From a virus (Duplodnaviria > Caudoviricetes): a stretch of 37,568 nt of DNA. This document shows, one piece after another, positions 7,268 through 15,844 of the stretch. Within the stretch, counting starts at the first letter, position 1. Every line of letters begins with the position of its first letter. The notes under the pieces were generated by a model, which did not search any database, was not told the DNA's origin, and saw only the letters and a list, made by a program, of their open reading frames with translations. The position numbers and the translations under genes were made by a program. The stretch lies in the IMG/VR virus record IMGVR_UViG_3300048599_000067, positions 1-37,568 of that record; one strand, 5' to 3'.

Positions 7268-9396
7268 ACCCTCGCCATCGTCTGACGCCTCGTGATCTCC
7301 GCCGAGATCGCCCCAAGGTCGGACACCTCGTAGAAGTTGAAGGTGTCGCCCTCGGCCGCACCGGCACTGGTGCCCGTGCTGCGGCCGGGCTGCACCTGCC
7401 GGGACGTGCCGGCCAGCATCCGCTGTGTCTGCGCCGCCGGATACACCTGCCCGCCGGAGCCGTTGAACCGGACCAGCTCGGGGCCTTCCTCGCCGACGAG
7501 TGCGTACGTGCCGGCCGCGAACATGCCGCCGCGCGCATAGGCGGAGATCTTCAGCGACCCCTGCCCGATGTCCTTCAGCTTGAGGGTGGTGACGCCGGTC
7601 TTCTTGACGTGCGCGTTGACGTCAACCCGCTTGTCCTTCAGCTCGGCCAGCTTCTCCTTCAGCCGGTTCACTTCGGCCCAGTCGCCGCGGGCCTTCGCGT
7701 CGACGATCTTGCCCTTGATGTCCTTGATCTGCCGGTCCAGCTCGGCGACCTGGGCCCGGCTGTCGCCGGTGTCGACCTTCGGGTCGGGGATCTTCTGGAT
7801 GCTGTCGGCGGCGCCCCGCGCGTTCGCCGCGAGGGTGTTCAGGCCGTCCGCCGCACCCTTCGCCCACTCGAACCCGGGGATCTTCGACAGGGCGGTCACC
7901 ATGTTCGCGATGCCCTGCACCACCCACGCGAAGCCGCCCACAATGGCGGACAGGGCCGGCTGCAGTGCGTTGTTCCACAGCCACCGCCCGGCCGCCGCGA
8001 CCGCCTCGAACGCCGCGTTGACCACGTTCCGGAAGGTTTCGGAGTGCTGGTAGGCGTACACCAGGCCGGCCGCCAGGGCGGCGATTGCGAGCACCACCAG
8101 GCCGATGGGGTTCGCCGACATGGCGGCGTTGACGAGCCACTGGGCGGCAGCCATGGCCTTCGATGCGCCCGAGGCGACCAGCTCGGCCGCCATCTTCGCT
8201 TTCGTCGCGACCGTGGTGAGGCTGATCCGGGTGGCGAGCGTCACGAACGCCGAGCCGAGCCCGCCGAGGAGCGAGATGTAGCCGGCCAGCCCCAGGGCCG
8301 CCAGGCTGGCGCCGAGCACACCGACCGCGATCGCGAGCGGGCCCAGCCAGTCGGCGTTGTCCTGAATCCACTGGCCGGCGTCCGCGAGCCCAGCGCCGAG
8401 GTCCTCGAGCGCCGGCAAGCCGACGTCGTTGATGAACGTCATCACCTTGGTGACGGCGGGCAGCAGAACCGTGCCGACCTTGCGGGCCATGTCCTCGGCC
8501 GTGGCCTGCGCTCGCTGCATCTGACCCGCCATGGTGTTGGCCTCGTCAGCGAACCGACCCTGTGAATCGGCGGACTGCTTCGTGATCAAGCTCAGGGTGG
8601 CCGTGGCCTTCGCCTGCGACGAGATCTGCGGGGTTGAACCCTGCAGGGCCTTCTCCAGGCCCGCGTTCGCCGATAGCAGCCGCGATTCCGCGGCGAGCGC
8701 CTCGTCGCTGTTCTTGCCGTGTTCCTTGACGGCCTCGTTGTACTTGCGCTGCGCGATGATCGCCTGGTTCTGCTTGGCCTTGATCAGGTCCATGTTCTTG
8801 ACCGGCTTCACCAGTCCCAGCGCGAGCGCCTCGGCCTGAATGTTGGCCTCATTCAGGGTGATGCCGTACCGCTCGATCGGGTCCCGCTCGCCCTTCAGGG
8901 CGGACGACAGCGCCTCGACGGCTTCCTTCGTGGAGCCGCCGAACATGGACGACAGGTCGGAGCCGAGCGCGATCAGGTCGTTCGTTTTGGGCGCCAGCTC
9001 CTCCATGCTGGTGCCCGCGTTCTTCAGCTGCGTGCCGATCAGCGTGGCCAGCTCGTTGTACGCATTGCCCGTCAGGCCGACGTCGGTGGCGGCACTGTCA
9101 GCCCACCTATGGATCTGGGCCGCCGACTGCTTGAAGACCGTGTCGACCGCACCCACCGACTGCTCGTAGTCGCCCGCCAGCCCGACCGCCTTCGCGCCCG
9201 CAGCAACAGCTGCCAGCCCGACCGTGGCGATCGCCATGCCGAGCTTCGCCAACCCCGGACGGGACCCCTTCTCGACACCCTCGCCGATCTCGGCGCCAGC
9301 CTTCTCGGCGTCCGCGTCAGCCTTCTTCAGGCCCTTCCGCAGCTCGGAGTCGTCCAGCTTCATCCGGGCGGCGAGCGTGCCGAGATCCAGCGCCAT
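7264..9396 (-). CDS. Tape measure protein (710 aa)
   Basis: Ala/Gly-rich helical protein, ANPIGLVV..IAAL, YQHSETFRNVV, C-terminal ARGG...VGEEGPE. Confidence 0.95.
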   Translation of the reverse strand: MALDLGTLAARMKLDDSELRKGLKKADADAEKAGAEIGEGVEKGSRPGLAKLGMAIATVGLAAVAAGAKAVGLAGDYEQSVGAVDTVFKQSAAQIHRWADSAATDVGLTGNAYNELATLIGTQLKNAGTSMEELAPKTNDLIALGSDLSSMFGGSTKEAVEALSSALKGERDPIERYGITLNEANIQAEALALGLVKPVKNMDLIKAKQNQAIIAQRKYNEAVKEHGKNSDEALAAESRLLSANAGLEKALQGSTPQISSQAKATATLSLITKQSADSQGRFADEANTMAGQMQRAQATAEDMARKVGTVLLPAVTKVMTFINDVGLPALEDLGAGLADAGQWIQDNADWLGPLAIAVGVLGASLAALGLAGYISLLGGLGSAFVTLATRISLTTVATKAKMAAELVASGASKAMAAAQWLVNAAMSANPIGLVVLAIAALAAGLVYAYQHSETFRNVVNAAFEAVAAAGRWLWNNALQPALSAIVGGFAWVVQGIANMVTALSKIPGFEWAKGAADGLNTLAANARGAADSIQKIPDPKVDTGDSRAQVAELDRQIKDIKGKIVDAKARGDWAEVNRLKEKLAELKDKRVDVNAHVKKTGVTTLKLKDIGQGSLKISAYARGGMFAAGTYALVGEEGPELVRFNGSGGQVYPAAQTQRMLAGTSRQVQPGRSTGTSAGAAEGDTFNFYEVSDLGAISAEITRRQTMARV

Positions 9397-9400
9397 CGGG

Positions 9401-10119
9401 CTACTCCTTCCCGGGAGGGTTGAGGGCGAAGCCGAGCCGGGTGGCGGGCATCACGAGCGGCGGGTGGCCGTAAGCGAGGGTGACGGTGGGTGGCAGGGTG
9501 AGTAGCCCGGTGATGCGGGCCTGGAGCCAGCGCCACGTGCGGGCCCGCATCAGCTCGCTGTCACCGAGGTCAATGCCGTACCGCTCGTGCAGGTCGGCCT
9601 CGATCAGCGACCAGTGCGCGAAAAGGTCCAGCCACGTGGGGCCGGACGGCTCGGGCTCCTCGAACAGCGGCTGACCCGACCGGGGGTCTACGAGGTCGCG
9701 GTACGGGCCGATCGACGCCTGCGGTCCTGCGGTGCTTTTGGGGTCACCTCAGCGCCCCAAGAGCCCCAGATCAGAGCGGCACGGCTCGGGCCCTGCGCAA
9801 TCCACACCATGGCGGTCTGCAGGACGTGCTGCAGGCGCCGCCACCCGACCCCGTCCGCGGTCATCTGGTCGAGCGCCGGGCCGAGGATCTCGGCGAGCAG
9901 CGCCGCCTCCTCCTCGTCGTCGAGCACGAACTGGTCGCGGTCCGCGTCGGTCATCTCCTGGCCTTCGGCGACCTTCACGCCCACAGCGAGCATCCGCATC
10001 ACCTTGCGGCCCACGATCGGGTTCACGTCGGGGATCGCGTACTGCTTCCCGGCCATGGTGAGGATCAGGCGGGCGTTGCCGTAGTCGTCGAGCTGCTCGA
10101 AGCACGTGGGATCAGACAC
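9401..10119 (-). CDS. Tail assembly chaperone, long form via -1 frameshift
   Basis: Slippery C CCA AAA at 9736-9742; the -1 frame is open to TAG at 9401 and encodes HWSLIEADLHERYGID...RTWRWLQARITGLL. Confidence 0.8.
9688..10119 (-). CDS. Tail assembly chaperone, short form
   Basis: Between the major tail and TMP genes; AGGAG RBS. Confidence 0.85.
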   Translation of the reverse strand: MSDPTCFEQLDDYGNARLILTMAGKQYAIPDVNPIVGRKVMRMLAVGVKVAEGQEMTDADRDQFVLDDEEEAALLAEILGPALDQMTADGVGWRRLQHVLQTAMVWIAQGPSRAALIWGSWGAEVTPKAPQDRRRRSARTATS

Positions 10120-10213
10120 TTGGCTCTCCTGGTGGTCTTTTCCTGGGTTCCTGGCGCGGTGAGGCGCGCGGCGGGGACCGCCAGGATCAGTCCCCGCCGC
10201 GGCGATCAGGGGG

Positions 10214-10711
10214 TCAGGCGGCGTACGGGTGGGTGACCTCGTCCGGCTTGCCTTGGCCGTTGAGGGTGATCGTGGCGCTCGACTTCGCGGAGTAGTCGCC
10301 GCCGTCGTCCTCCCACTGCACCGTCATGTAGCCCTCCAGCGCCTTCGGCCGCGGGCCGGACGGCTCCAGCTCGAACGTCCGGACGTGCACCCGGTTGCTG
10401 ATGCCGAGCTTGCGGGACGCCGCCAGCAGCGCCTCCTGCGCCGCCGGGTACTTCTTCGAGTCTGCGGCGGTCACCTTGCGGTTCACCTTCGCGACCACCA
10501 CCCACTCCAGAGCGGTGCCGACCGTCGACTTCCAGCCCTCCGACTCGAAGTCGGTCACGTCCTGGGTGGTGAGCGGCGTCGTCTGCTTGAAGTCGGTGAT
10601 GTTCGTCAGCGGCTCCCACTCGGGGGTGTCGTCCTCGCTGACGTCAACTTCAAGCAGCCACTTGCGGTTGAGGGTGGCGCCAGCGGTCTCTTCGAACACG
10701 GGTGCGGACAT
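10214..10711 (-). CDS. Major tail (tube) protein
   Basis: QDVTDFESEGWKS motif, C-terminal LNGQGKP; synteny. Confidence 0.9.
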   Translation of the reverse strand: MSAPVFEETAGATLNRKWLLEVDVSEDDTPEWEPLTNITDFKQTTPLTTQDVTDFESEGWKSTVGTALEWVVVAKVNRKVTAADSKKYPAAQEALLAASRKLGISNRVHVRTFELEPSGPRPKALEGYMTVQWEDDGGDYSAKSSATITLNGQGKPDEVTHPYAA

Positions 10712-10721
10712 GGTGTGTCTC

Positions 10722-11150
10722 CTAAGGGGTTCGGTTCGGTGTCGGGTTGTTGAGGGTGGCGTAGTAGTTGTCGGTGCGCAGGTAGGCGCCGGCTTCGTCG
10801 ATGCCCAAGTCGGCGGAGGATTCGCGGGTCAGCTGGTCGATCCGCAGCCCGTCGAGCTGCAGCCCCCACGCGGCGTGGAGCTGCTGGAAGATCGCTTCGG
10901 CGCGGTCCCGTAGCGCGGCCTTCGTCTTGGACCGGAGGGTGATCTGCAGGCCGATGATGCTCTCGGTGTCGACCGGGTCGGACACCGGGTAGGTGGCCAG
11001 CCCGATGCCTTCGGGCGTGGTGGCGCCGATCGGCCCGTCGTAGATGCCGACCTGGGTTTTGGTGTACGGCACCATGAGGGACCAGGTGCCGATACTGGCA
11101 GCGGCGAGCTGGCCGGCGATGCCGTGCACCAGCTGGGTTTCGACTGCCAC
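10722..11150 (-). CDS. Tail terminator / minor capsid-type protein
   Basis: Synteny; LGIDEAG...RTDNYY motif. Confidence 0.75.
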   Translation of the reverse strand: MAVETQLVHGIAGQLAAASIGTWSLMVPYTKTQVGIYDGPIGATTPEGIGLATYPVSDPVDTESIIGLQITLRSKTKAALRDRAEAIFQQLHAAWGLQLDGLRIDQLTRESSADLGIDEAGAYLRTDNYYATLNNPTPNRTP

Positions 11151-11159
11151 CTCGGCCTC

Positions 11160-11338
11160 CTACTCGGTCGGGTCGGGGATGCGGACGAAGCCGACGTACT
11201 CGGGTGCCCACAACGTCTGCGGCGGTGGGGTGTCCACCTGCGGCGACGACTGTTCAGGCGTCACGTCTGGGGGGGGGTGCGCCCGATCTGGACCCACCAC
11301 GAGCCGATCTCGAGCCGCGCATGGATGCGGCGCGGCAT
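11160..11338 (-). pseudogene. Small ORF interrupted at a C9 homopolymer
   Basis: ATG at 11338 (TGATG coupled) stops 25 codons later; one extra C in the run at 11269-11277 gives a 59-aa ORF ending at 11160. Confidence 0.5.
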
Positions 11339-11673
11339 CAGTTCCCGACCCTCGCCCGCACCGTGTTGGCCACGATCTGGCCGGCGGTCTTCGCCTGGCC
11401 GTTCGCAGCCGTCTCCAGGAACTTCGCGCTCCGGCCCGGGTCGTGGCGGTACGACATCTCCTCGTGCTGCCGGGCGGCGTACGGCGTGTCGTACGACACC
11501 GCAACCTCAAGTCGGGCCCGGTCCTCCGACACGGTGCCCGAGCCCTGCAGGTCGCCGTACTCGAGCGGCACGCGTCGATTCGATTCGTTGAGGACATGCT
11601 CCCCGGCCCGGTACAGGCCGTCAGCGGCAGCCTCGCGGATCACCCGGAGCGCCTTGTCGATGTCGAGAGCCAC
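11338..11673 (-). CDS. Neck / HK97 gp10-like protein
   Basis: VPLEYGDLQGSG, YDTPYAARQHE, AKFLE motifs. Confidence 0.85.
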   Translation of the reverse strand: MALDIDKALRVIREAAADGLYRAGEHVLNESNRRVPLEYGDLQGSGTVSEDRARLEVAVSYDTPYAARQHEEMSYRHDPGRSAKFLETAANGQAKTAGQIVANTVRARVGN

Positions 11674-11682
11674 GGCCGCCTC

Positions 11683-12000
11683 CTAGGTGAGGACGATCTC
11701 GGTGTGCTGCCACACACCCATCCCGGCGTCGTCGTGCCGGGCGGCCGCGATCACCGTGGCGTCCCGGCCGTCCACGTCCACCACGCTGCCCGGCGCCCAA
11801 AGGTCCCGGGGGTCGGAGGTGTACAGGGTGGTCGACGACACGACCTGCTGGCCGTCCGCGTCACGCACCAGACGCACCTCGTCGTCCCGCCAGCACTTCA
11901 CCGGTACCGGGTCGGCGAAGACTTCTCCGGCGCCGGTCACACCCACACGGGTGGAGACGGTGACGGTGTGCGGCTGGAACCGGGCAGGCAGGTCAGCCAC
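11683..12000 (-). CDS. Head-to-tail stopper
   Basis: RLVRDADGQQVVSSTTLY motif; GTG start with GAGGTG RBS. Confidence 0.8.
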   Translation of the reverse strand: MADLPARFQPHTVTVSTRVGVTGAGEVFADPVPVKCWRDDEVRLVRDADGQQVVSSTTLYTSDPRDLWAPGSVVDVDGRDATVIAAARHDDAGMGVWQHTEIVLT

Positions 12001-12151
12001 GTGGACCACCTCGGCGTCGGCGCCGCAGGATGGCGGCAATCTCGTCGGGGGTGAACACAAGTCCTTCGTTGACGTTGATGACGATCTCGGGGCCACGCTC
12101 TCCCACGATGCGCCCACCGGCGGCCAGCCGCCCGGACATGGGTTCAGTCAT
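11993..12151 (-). CDS. 52-aa hypothetical protein with TMP-like VGExGPE motif
   Basis: Fills the gap between adaptor and stopper genes; LAAGGRIVGERGPEIV. Confidence 0.6.
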   Translation of the reverse strand: MTEPMSGRLAAGGRIVGERGPEIVINVNEGLVFTPDEIAAILRRRRRGGPRG

Positions 12152-12152
12152 G

Positions 12153-12539
12153 TCAGCCCCGGACCTCGACACCAGCCGGTACCAAGCTGGCGAGCTGCAG
12201 GATGGTGGTCGCATCCGGGCACAGACGGCCACCCGCGGGCAGCGTGAGTCCGCCCGGGGTCGCGTCCACGTACGTGTACGACGCCCGCCCGATCGTCGCC
12301 GACTTGAGTGCTGGCCCGCCAGTCTCGGTCGACGCGATCGCCCGGGTCTGCGCCACGGTGGCATCCCGCAGCGCCTCCACCACATCCGGATCAGTGGGCA
12401 TGCCCTGGTCGTCGGTGGCGTACAGGGCGCCGATCAGGGCCCGGTCCACGGCCAGGGATGCACGCCGGATCTGGTCCTCGGTGACGGTCACGTCCCCGAA
12501 GTCGTCGATGCTGGCGTACATCCTGGCCATGGTGCTCAC
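12153..12539 (-). CDS. Head-to-tail adaptor
   Basis: RASLAVD..L...LY.TD..G.PTD....ALRDAT.AQ, SATIGRASY motifs. Confidence 0.85.
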   Translation of the reverse strand: MSTMARMYASIDDFGDVTVTEDQIRRASLAVDRALIGALYATDDQGMPTDPDVVEALRDATVAQTRAIASTETGGPALKSATIGRASYTYVDATPGGLTLPAGGRLCPDATTILQLASLVPAGVEVRG

Positions 12540-12781
12540 TTCCTCCGGGCGGGCTTCGCGGCAGGCTCCGGCTCGGCCGGGGCCACAGCCTCGGCCTGCT
12601 CGGCGGCAGGCTCCGGCTCGGCCTCGACCCGCTCGACCTGGTAGCCGGCGCCGCGCATGTACTGCTCGACACCCAGCGGCAGGTCCTCGACCTCAGCCAC
12701 ACCATCGACGAAGGTGACCACGAGCTGCCCGTAGGTGTGCTCGCCGTCAACCTTCGCCGGGGCGACGATGCGGATCGCCAT
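12536..12781 (-). CDS. Small head-associated hypothetical protein
   Basis: VTFVDGVAEV...YMRGAGYQV; directly follows the major capsid gene. Confidence 0.75.
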   Translation of the reverse strand: MAIRIVAPAKVDGEHTYGQLVVTFVDGVAEVEDLPLGVEQYMRGAGYQVERVEAEPEPAAEQAEAVAPAEPEPAAKPARRK

Positions 12782-12784
12782 GGC

Positions 12785-13789
12785 TCACGCGACCTTGATG
12801 TTGCGGAGCACGCCGGCCGCCTTCGTCTTCTTCACGACGATCGCCACCGGGCTGATCTCGGCCTCACCGGTCTTCACAGCACCGGCGGTGCTGAAGTCCG
12901 GCATCCAGTTCCGCACGAACTGGGCACCCGCGACCTGCACGCCGTGCACGCCGTCCAGCGCGAACCGGACCGCGTAGAAGTCGGCCAGGCCCGTGATGCT
13001 CCCGCCGCCGCCCGCGCCATCGGTGTCGCGAGTGGCGAGCGCCAGGACGTCGGTGTTCGCGCCGGCGATCGTGCCCGGCTCGACGAACGGGATGCCGTTG
13101 TAGGTGTCGACCGGCTGCCCGATCGTGTTCTTGTCGAGCTGGTACTGGCCAGCGAGAGACGCGATCGTCTTGAAGAGGGCCTTCGCCTTCTTCGGCATGT
13201 AGATCGCGTCCGGGCGGCCGTCCAGCAGCGACAGCCACGCGTCGACGTGGGCGAGGGCCTGGATTGCCTTCGCCTGGGTGTCGATCGCCGTCCAGTCGAT
13301 GTAGCCGGTGGTCACCCCGTTGCTGAGCGGCAGGTACTCGGTGGCGGTCCCGGCGAGGGACTTGTTGAGCCCGTCGAAGCCGTTGGCGTCCACCGCGGTG
13401 TCGCCGTTGAAGAACGCGTCGTTGAACTTCGCGCTGGACGCCTTGATCAGCTCCCGCATCTGGAACGCGGTCTCTGCGGCCTGCCCGATCTGGTCGAGCA
13501 CCCGGTCGATCTGGAACGAGCCGCCGAGCGGCTTGAGGTCCACGCTGTAGCGCTGCTTGGTGGCCTCCGCCGGGACGTACTCGTTGTTGATCGCGCGGAA
13601 CGCGGCGCCCCGCTGCGTGATCTGGCGGGTGTAGGAGTACGTGAGGGTGGCGCCGTTGCCGGCTCCGGACACGCACGGGTCGAACGTGAGCCGGTTCAGC
13701 ACATCGTTCGACTTCTGGAACTCGTCGATGATCTGGACGTCGACGTCGTCCGTGACGTTCAGCTTCGCCTGGGCGAGGGTGACGGGCAT
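12785..13789 (-). CDS. Major capsid protein
   Basis: 334 aa, FRAINNEY, LGGSFQIDR, FFNGD...GFDGL motifs; follows the scaffold gene. Confidence 0.92.
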   Translation of the reverse strand: MPVTLAQAKLNVTDDVDVQIIDEFQKSNDVLNRLTFDPCVSGAGNGATLTYSYTRQITQRGAAFRAINNEYVPAEATKQRYSVDLKPLGGSFQIDRVLDQIGQAAETAFQMRELIKASSAKFNDAFFNGDTAVDANGFDGLNKSLAGTATEYLPLSNGVTTGYIDWTAIDTQAKAIQALAHVDAWLSLLDGRPDAIYMPKKAKALFKTIASLAGQYQLDKNTIGQPVDTYNGIPFVEPGTIAGANTDVLALATRDTDGAGGGGSITGLADFYAVRFALDGVHGVQVAGAQFVRNWMPDFSTAGAVKTGEAEISPVAIVVKKTKAAGVLRNIKVA

Positions 13790-13811
13790 GGTGGTTCTCC
13801 TTGTTCAGGGT

Positions 13812-14528
13812 TCAGTTGGAGGCGCCGAGCTTGGCTGCGATGGCGTCTTCGAGGGTGGTGGGTTTGCCCTGTCCGCCGGTCCCGCCGTTGAACTCTGGGC
13901 CGCTCTTGGCGGGCACCTGGACCGCCTTGAGCCATGGATTGGCCGTCACGGCGTCCGCCACGGCCTTCTTGATGCCGTCGACGTCGGAGGGCTCCAGACC
14001 CTTGATCGCGTCGAGGAAATCGGTGAACTTGAGGAGGCGCGCCGGGTCGGCCTCGCCCGCATTGAGGAAGACGGTGAGCTGTCGCTGCGCGTTCTTGGCT
14101 GATTCGGCCTGCGCGTCGCGTTCAGCCTTGGCTTGTTCGGCGACCTTGACGGGGTCCTCGGTGCCGGTGTCGATGCCGAGGGCCTTGAGGGCGGCGGCGA
14201 TCTTGGCGTTGGCGTCGCCCTCGGCGGTCTTGGCTGCGGTGCGCTTGGCGGCGTTCTCGGTGCGCAGACCCTTGATCAGGTCCTGGGCGCCCTGCGGGAG
14301 GGACTCGACCTTGCCGTCCCACGCGGGTGCCTCGGGGGCCTTGGGTGGCTCAGGGGTCGCGGCGGGTGCCACCGGGGGCTGCCCTGCGTCGTCGGGGGCT
14401 GCGGGCGCACCCTCGGGCGGGGTGGCGGTCATGGTGAAGCCGCCGAAGAGGCCCCGGTGGACGTTGATGATGTCGGCGAGTTCCGGGGCCATCCCGGGCA
14501 CGACGAACGGGTTTCCTGGCTGGGACAT
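13812..14528 (-). CDS. Capsid scaffolding protein
   Basis: CAGGAGG RBS; LRTENAAKR, coiled coil, NPWLK, LEDAIAAKL C-terminus. Confidence 0.88.
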   Translation of the reverse strand: MSQPGNPFVVPGMAPELADIINVHRGLFGGFTMTATPPEGAPAAPDDAGQPPVAPAATPEPPKAPEAPAWDGKVESLPQGAQDLIKGLRTENAAKRTAAKTAEGDANAKIAAALKALGIDTGTEDPVKVAEQAKAERDAQAESAKNAQRQLTVFLNAGEADPARLLKFTDFLDAIKGLEPSDVDGIKKAVADAVTANPWLKAVQVPAKSGPEFNGGTGGQGKPTTLEDAIAAKLGASN

Positions 14529-14585
14529 GCGAGTGACCTCCTGGGCCGGTTTGGTGCCGCGCCTGGCGGCAAGGGGCAAGATCGA

Positions 14586-14762
14586 GTGGTGCGGGGCAGG
14601 CTGGGTTGACTCGGCCGCTGTCACGGTCGACGTAGGTGGAGAAAGGAAGCACACCTGCCAGGGCTAGCGGTCCCGCCACGGGCCACCCAGCCCAGCCTTA
14701 ACCGGGGTACGTTCGGTGGTCAGTTACCGGGCAGGTTTTCCGATAGTTGACCCCGCAACCAC
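14586..14762 (-). ncRNA. Candidate structured non-coding RNA / cis-regulatory leader
   Basis: Closing stem GTGGTTGCGGGG/CCCCGCACCAC, inner ACCTGCC/GGCAGGT, crossing AGGCTGGG/CCCAGCCT, GACA-capped hairpin; no convincing ORF. Confidence 0.5.
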
Positions 14763-14767
14763 AAGTC

Positions 14768-15841
14768 CTAGAGTGCGGCGCCGAGCCGCTCGCGTGGCGG
14801 CTGCCGCTTCACGCCCGTGTCGGCGGCGTGCCGGCGAACCCTCGCCTGCCACTCCCGCACCTTCGCCCGGCACCGCGCCGCCTCCGCCGGGTCCAGCGCG
14901 ACCACCTCCCGGGCCCGCCACGCGCGGACGCCACGCTCCAGCCGCCGCAGCTCCTGCCGGGCCGCATCACCCCGAGGGTCAGCGGTGCTCGTCGGCGGCA
15001 CAGTCACACCCGGCAGGTACAGGCCCACCGTGTGACGGCAGCCCGGGTGCAGCAGACCGGCGGCACGCGCCTGGTCCAGAGTCCCGGCGACCGTAACCCC
15101 GTCGATCCGTGGCGCGCCCGACAAGCTGAGCACCTTGCCCTCCCATGGGCGGCACAGGTCGCACTCCTGCGAGTGGTCCGACGCGATGACGAGATCCTCA
15201 CCGTGCGCCAGCAGCTGGTCCGCGTGACCCTCCACCTGCGCCCTCCGGGCCGCGGTACGGGTCGCCATCTCGGTGTAGCTGGTCATCGACCAGCGGCGGC
15301 CGGCCCTGTCCACGAAGCTCGTGATGCCATGATCCGCGAACACGTTCAGCGCCCGCTGCGCGGCCTCCCGGCGGGTCACAGCACCCACCAGCTGCAGCGG
15401 TGACGCCTCCACGACCACAGCCCGGTAGATGTCACCCGTGGCCCGCAGGATGCGCTGATGGGAGTCGAGCACCGACGTGACCGTCTCCCCGATCAAGGCC
15501 CGCACCGAAGCCAACCCGGCCGGGTTCGCACCGGCCGCCACCTTCGCCGCCACACCCGCCACAGCGATGTCCGCCAGGGCCGCAGCCTGGCCGGCGTTGT
15601 AGGCCCGCATGATCGCTTCCGCGATCTCCGAGGCGGACTTGCCCGCCAAGCTCGTCAGGTCCCCGCGGAGCCGGGCCTGCAGCAGCTGGTACTCCAGCAG
15701 CTTCTCCTCGGCCCACCGCGGACCGTCGAGCCCCTCGGCGAGCGCCCGCGCGACCCGGTGCAGCATCACGCGTTCCGCCTCGCCGTACAGCGCCACCAGA
15801 CGGTCCGCCAGGTGGTCGACCTGCTCGGCGGTCAGAGCCAC
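14768..15841 (-). CDS. Minor capsid protein (SPP1 gp7 / MuF-related)
   Basis: FVDRAGRRW...YTEMATRT, SDH..EC.LCRPWEGK, GLLHPGCRH motifs. Confidence 0.9.
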   Translation of the reverse strand: MALTAEQVDHLADRLVALYGEAERVMLHRVARALAEGLDGPRWAEEKLLEYQLLQARLRGDLTSLAGKSASEIAEAIMRAYNAGQAAALADIAVAGVAAKVAAGANPAGLASVRALIGETVTSVLDSHQRILRATGDIYRAVVVEASPLQLVGAVTRREAAQRALNVFADHGITSFVDRAGRRWSMTSYTEMATRTAARRAQVEGHADQLLAHGEDLVIASDHSQECDLCRPWEGKVLSLSGAPRIDGVTVAGTLDQARAAGLLHPGCRHTVGLYLPGVTVPPTSTADPRGDAARQELRRLERGVRAWRAREVVALDPAEAARCRAKVREWQARVRRHAADTGVKRQPPRERLGAAL

Positions 15842-15844
15842 GGG

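Noticed and set aside
14586-14762. Known riboswitch, hammerhead/pistol/twister ribozyme, omegaRNA or MITE
   Set aside because: Only short coincidental matches (GTCAAC, CCGTGGCGGG, CTGACCA); core consensus elements, an associated nuclease or transposase, and target-site duplications are absent. An Rfam search is still needed
14768-15841. MuF-fused polymorphic toxin
   Set aside because: The protein ends shortly after the conserved minor-capsid region, with no toxin extension or immunity gene
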